Source: Alphaproteobacteria bacterium UBA2562 (GTDB lineage Bacteria; Pseudomonadota; Alphaproteobacteria; UBA2562). From it: a stretch of DNA of 43,269 bases. Positions 40,941-43,269 of the stretch are shown one piece after another. The DNA lies in assembly GCA_002340345.1 (NCBI GenBank), contig DDLW01000078.1, positions 1-43,269 on the forward strand, given 5' to 3'. The notes beneath the pieces were generated by a model. That model was not told where the DNA came from and made no database searches. It saw nothing but the letters and a program-made list of their open reading frames with translations. Both the position numbers and the translations under genes were made by a program. Numbering within the stretch: the stretch's first letter is position 1; every line of letters begins with the position of its first letter.

Positions 40941-41046
40941 ATAGCAAAGCTGGTTAAAGTGGCAGCCCCTTTAATCATGCGTTTTGCGGCAAAAACAAAA
41001 ACATAGAGCATTTCACTGGCTTCAAATTAAAAGCGAAATGCTCTAG
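40941..41046 (+). repeat. Copy D of the structured intergenic repeat
   Basis: Nearly identical to copy A over the 5' half and the core. Hairpin 1 is TTAAAG-tggcagccc-CTTTAA. Hairpin 3 is AGAGCATTTC (41005-41014) paired with GAAATGCTCT (41035-41044). Confidence 0.88.
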
Positions 41047-41135
41047 ATGCCAACATCTCAAAAGCTATAGCTTATAAGAATAAAATATTTATTCTTAAAG
41101 GCAGTCTGAGATTCTATTAATCTAAGAGAAGATCC

Positions 41136-41858
41136 ATGATTTATTTGATGATAGAAACTTTTATTCTGATAATGCTTGCTTCTGTTGTTGGGTTTATTGT
41201 GGCTTGGCTCTTGCGCCGAAAAGATATTCAAAAAATGTCTCTCAAATATGAAGAGCTCTCTCAGCAACGGGATAAAATCTTAGAAGAGATGCAATCCATG
41301 CAAAAAGAACGTGATCTTGTCCAAGATGAGAGAAATCAATCTATGTTCAGAGCACAAGAATGTGATAAGGATAAGCAATATTTACTAGAAAAAATAGATA
41401 TCTTAGAAAATAAACTAAAAGTAATTTCTCAAGATAAAAATAAATATACAGAACATTGGAATCAACAAATCCCAAAAAATAATGAAAGCATTTCTACAGA
41501 ATCAACCCAATTAGGGCAAGAAAGATTAGATAAAGATAGTGAAGATATTGCGAAGGCTCTAAATTTCTCTGCGGGCAGCGAAGAAATCGTAGGAGAACAG
41601 CCAAAAGCTCTAGAAAAACCTGAAGGCATACTTGACGATTTGAAAAAAATTTCGGGTATTGGCCCTAAAATTGAATCGTTACTCCATAACTTAGGAATCT
41701 ATCAATTTTCACAGATTGCTAATTTTAACGAAGCAAATACTATATGGATCGACCATTATTTAAAATTCAAAGGCCGCATTCAAAGAGAAAATTGGATTGA
41801 TCAAGCAAAAATACTCGCTTCAGGTCATGAAACCGAATTTTCAAAGCGTTCTAAGTGA
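41136..41858 (+). CDS. Membrane-anchored coiled-coil protein with a C-terminal helix-hairpin-helix-type domain
   Basis: N-terminal TM (FILIMLASVVGFIVAWLL), a heptad-rich Lys/Glu/Gln segment, and a C-terminal LDDLKKISGIGPKIESLLHNLGIYQFSQIANF...FKGRIQRENWIDQAKILA module. I recognise that module as recurrent at the C-termini of various alphaproteobacterial proteins. The gene is visibly AT-rich relative to its neighbours. Confidence 0.7.
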   Translation: MIYLMIETFILIMLASVVGFIVAWLLRRKDIQKMSLKYEELSQQRDKILEEMQSMQKERDLVQDERNQSMFRAQECDKDKQYLLEKIDILENKLKVISQDKNKYTEHWNQQIPKNNESISTESTQLGQERLDKDSEDIAKALNFSAGSEEIVGEQPKALEKPEGILDDLKKISGIGPKIESLLHNLGIYQFSQIANFNEANTIWIDHYLKFKGRIQRENWIDQAKILASGHETEFSKRSK

Positions 41859-42033
41859 GCCCTGCCATAGAAGTCTCATGAGACTAAAATCTATCACTTC
41901 CCTGTCTTCACCCAATACTTTCAACCATGAAGTATTATAGCATCTTACTTTTCTTTATTAGTCCATGAATAATATACAACCCTTTGAATTAAAGAGTATT
42001 TCTGCTTTATCCAGTTATAAAATCAGCAAGAAA

Positions 42034-42640
42034 TTAGACTATAGACTCATTATGTCTCAGCCAAATTCTGATTGCGGCCAGTTTGACCATCGGCAGATAG
42101 CATGACCCGAGTTTATCATATCGCGTGGCGATCCTCCGAAAGAATTTTATTTTATTGAAAAAACACTTAACCAGATTGCGCTGCTTGTATAGGCTTTTGC
42201 TGAGACAAGAATTCCAGGTTTTCCCGGCCTTGTTCGGGATATTTGGTGCTGCTCCTTGATCCTGGATATAATTCCGCAACCATGCTGCATCATAGGCCTT
42301 GTCTGCCAGAACAATCTGTTTCGGTTTCAAGTGGCCTAGCAGGGAACTGGACGCATTGATATCATGGGATTGCCCTTCACTGATCGCGAGCTTTACCGGT
42401 AACTCGTTTGCATCTGTCACGGCATGGATTTTGGTTGTCAATCCTCCCCGGCTTCGCCCCATGCATCATCTGGATGGCTTTTTTAAAAGTGGCGGTGGAA
42501 TGATGGATGCACACATTTGTACCATCAATCATTTGAATATCACCGTCATAAGCTTCTGTAATTGCGTCCATAATCCGATCCCAAACACCTGGACACTTCG
42601 AAAAACCGCATGCTTTTGGGCTTAAGATGTGATTATTTTG
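42034..42640 (-). pseudogene. Decayed IS5-family (IS427/IS1031-like group) transposase remnant; N-terminus missing and multiply frameshifted
   Basis: GVWDRIMDAI...MIDGT (first D region) is in one frame. GRSRGGLTTKIHAVTD...LADKAYD...RNLVKCFFNKIKFFRRIATRYDK (second D and E regions) is in the +1 frame. The frame break is at the run of 4 G on the minus strand (42457-42460). The upstream boundary of about 42640 is a rough estimate. Confidence 0.8.
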
Positions 42641-42668
42641 TTTGAAAGGATGACCGAGGAGAGAGGCC

Positions 42669-43109
42669 ATGGACCAGCAGCGTGGGTTTTGGGATCTGGA
42701 GGACCATTATGCCAAGCTGAGCGAGACTGGCGATCCATTGGAAACCCTTGCTGCAGCGTTGAGTTTAGAGCCTTTTCGGTATCGCCTTGAGAAGGCGCTG
42801 CAACGGACTGACGGAGCCAAAGGTGGACGGCCTCCCTATGATCCGGTTTTGATGTTCAAAATCTTGATCCTGCAAGCCCTGTATGGCTTGTCCGATGAGC
42901 AAGCGGAATTCCAGATCCGAGATCGGCTTAGTTTTCTGAGCTTTTTGGGGCTTTCGCCATCAGACAGGACGCCAGATTCCACCACGATTTGGCTGTTCCG
43001 CGAGCAGCTCACCCAGGCCAAGGCTGTGGAGAAACTGTTTAAGTTGTTCTATCAGCGTCTGCGCGAAGGTGGCTATCTCGCCAAATCTGGCCAGAGTTTA
43101 AATGCTAGT
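42669..43109 (+). mobile_element. N-terminal ~145 codons of a second IS5-family (IS5/DUF772-type) transposase, inserted into the first IS and itself interrupted
   Basis: GGRPPYDPVLMFKILILQALYGLSDEQAEFQIRDRLSFLSFLGL...PDSTTIWLFREQL is the classical IS5 N-terminal domain. Family resemblance is lost after ...GGYLAKSGQ(SLNAS), where IVDAS/T-IV-AP would be expected. The rest of the 191-aa ORF is read-through of unrelated structured sequence. Confidence 0.8.
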
Positions 43110-43269
43110 GGTTCGAACGAAACGGAAGAGTCCGGCATCAGCCGGGCCTTTCGGGTCGATAATTCGAACCATAACAAAACGATAGCGCGTGGATTGGGCC
43201 GACCTTCGAGGGATCGAAGTGTCGGAGTCAATCCACTAGCTTGATCCCGGCACCTCGGCAGCATCTCAG

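Noticed and set aside
42478-42484. A6G (AAAAAAG on the minus strand) in the IS427-like remnant as a programmed -1 frameshift site joining orfA and orfB
   Set aside because: The downstream catalytic frame is +1 rather than -1 relative to the upstream frame, and it contains a TGA between the A-run and GRSRGG. The break is better explained by a 1-nt insertion in the G-run at 42457-42460, which makes this a pseudogene.
43110-43170. GGTTCGAA...TTCGAACC at the window end, considered as a tRNA or a riboswitch (cobalamin-like GGAAG..CCGG string)
   Set aside because: No cloverleaf can be drawn and there is no B12 box (GCCACTG). I kept it only as an unidentified structured element in the findings.

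Overview
This window looks like a chromosomal core segment of an alphaproteobacterium with moderate GC content. I did not compute GC, and I cannot name the genus without a database search. It is densely packed with intact housekeeping genes in an order typical of Rhizobiales and Rhodospirillales. From left to right these are: ppx; an alpha/beta hydrolase with a divergent arsR-type regulator; mazG; a membrane-anchored serine hydrolase; a HAD hydrolase; dat; trkA; ntrX-ntrY-ntrC-ntrB-dusB; a ypjD-like membrane protein; ispDF-pgpA-cinA(C); ratA/COQ10-like; lipA; lpd-pdhC-pdhB-pdhA; ftsB; eno; kdsA; pyrG; secG; tpiA; ppiD; trpE. I saw no rRNA, tRNA or CRISPR array. Non-core content falls into four groups. 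(1) A ~105-bp structured intergenic repeat occurs as four full copies, all in the same orientation, plus at least one relic. Two of the full copies bracket secG. (2) An orphan 431-aa protein has a 4-Cys N-terminal module, a long Lys/Pro/Gln-rich low-complexity centre and an unrecognised C-terminal domain. It is wedged as its own transcription unit between ftsB and pdhA. (3) Downstream of trpE lies an AT-rich patch with a membrane/coiled-coil/HhH protein, followed by two nested, decayed IS5-family elements. (4) The last ~160 bp is a strongly structured GC-rich sequence that interrupts the second transposase and runs off the window. I did not find a convincing multi-gene novel system such as a defence or secretion locus. 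The repeat family and the orphan protein are the best candidates for follow-up. All homology statements come from recognising motifs in the supplied translations. No searches were run. The ORF track uses non-ATG starts, so several starts were moved to an internal ATG or GTG that has a Shine-Dalgarno sequence.
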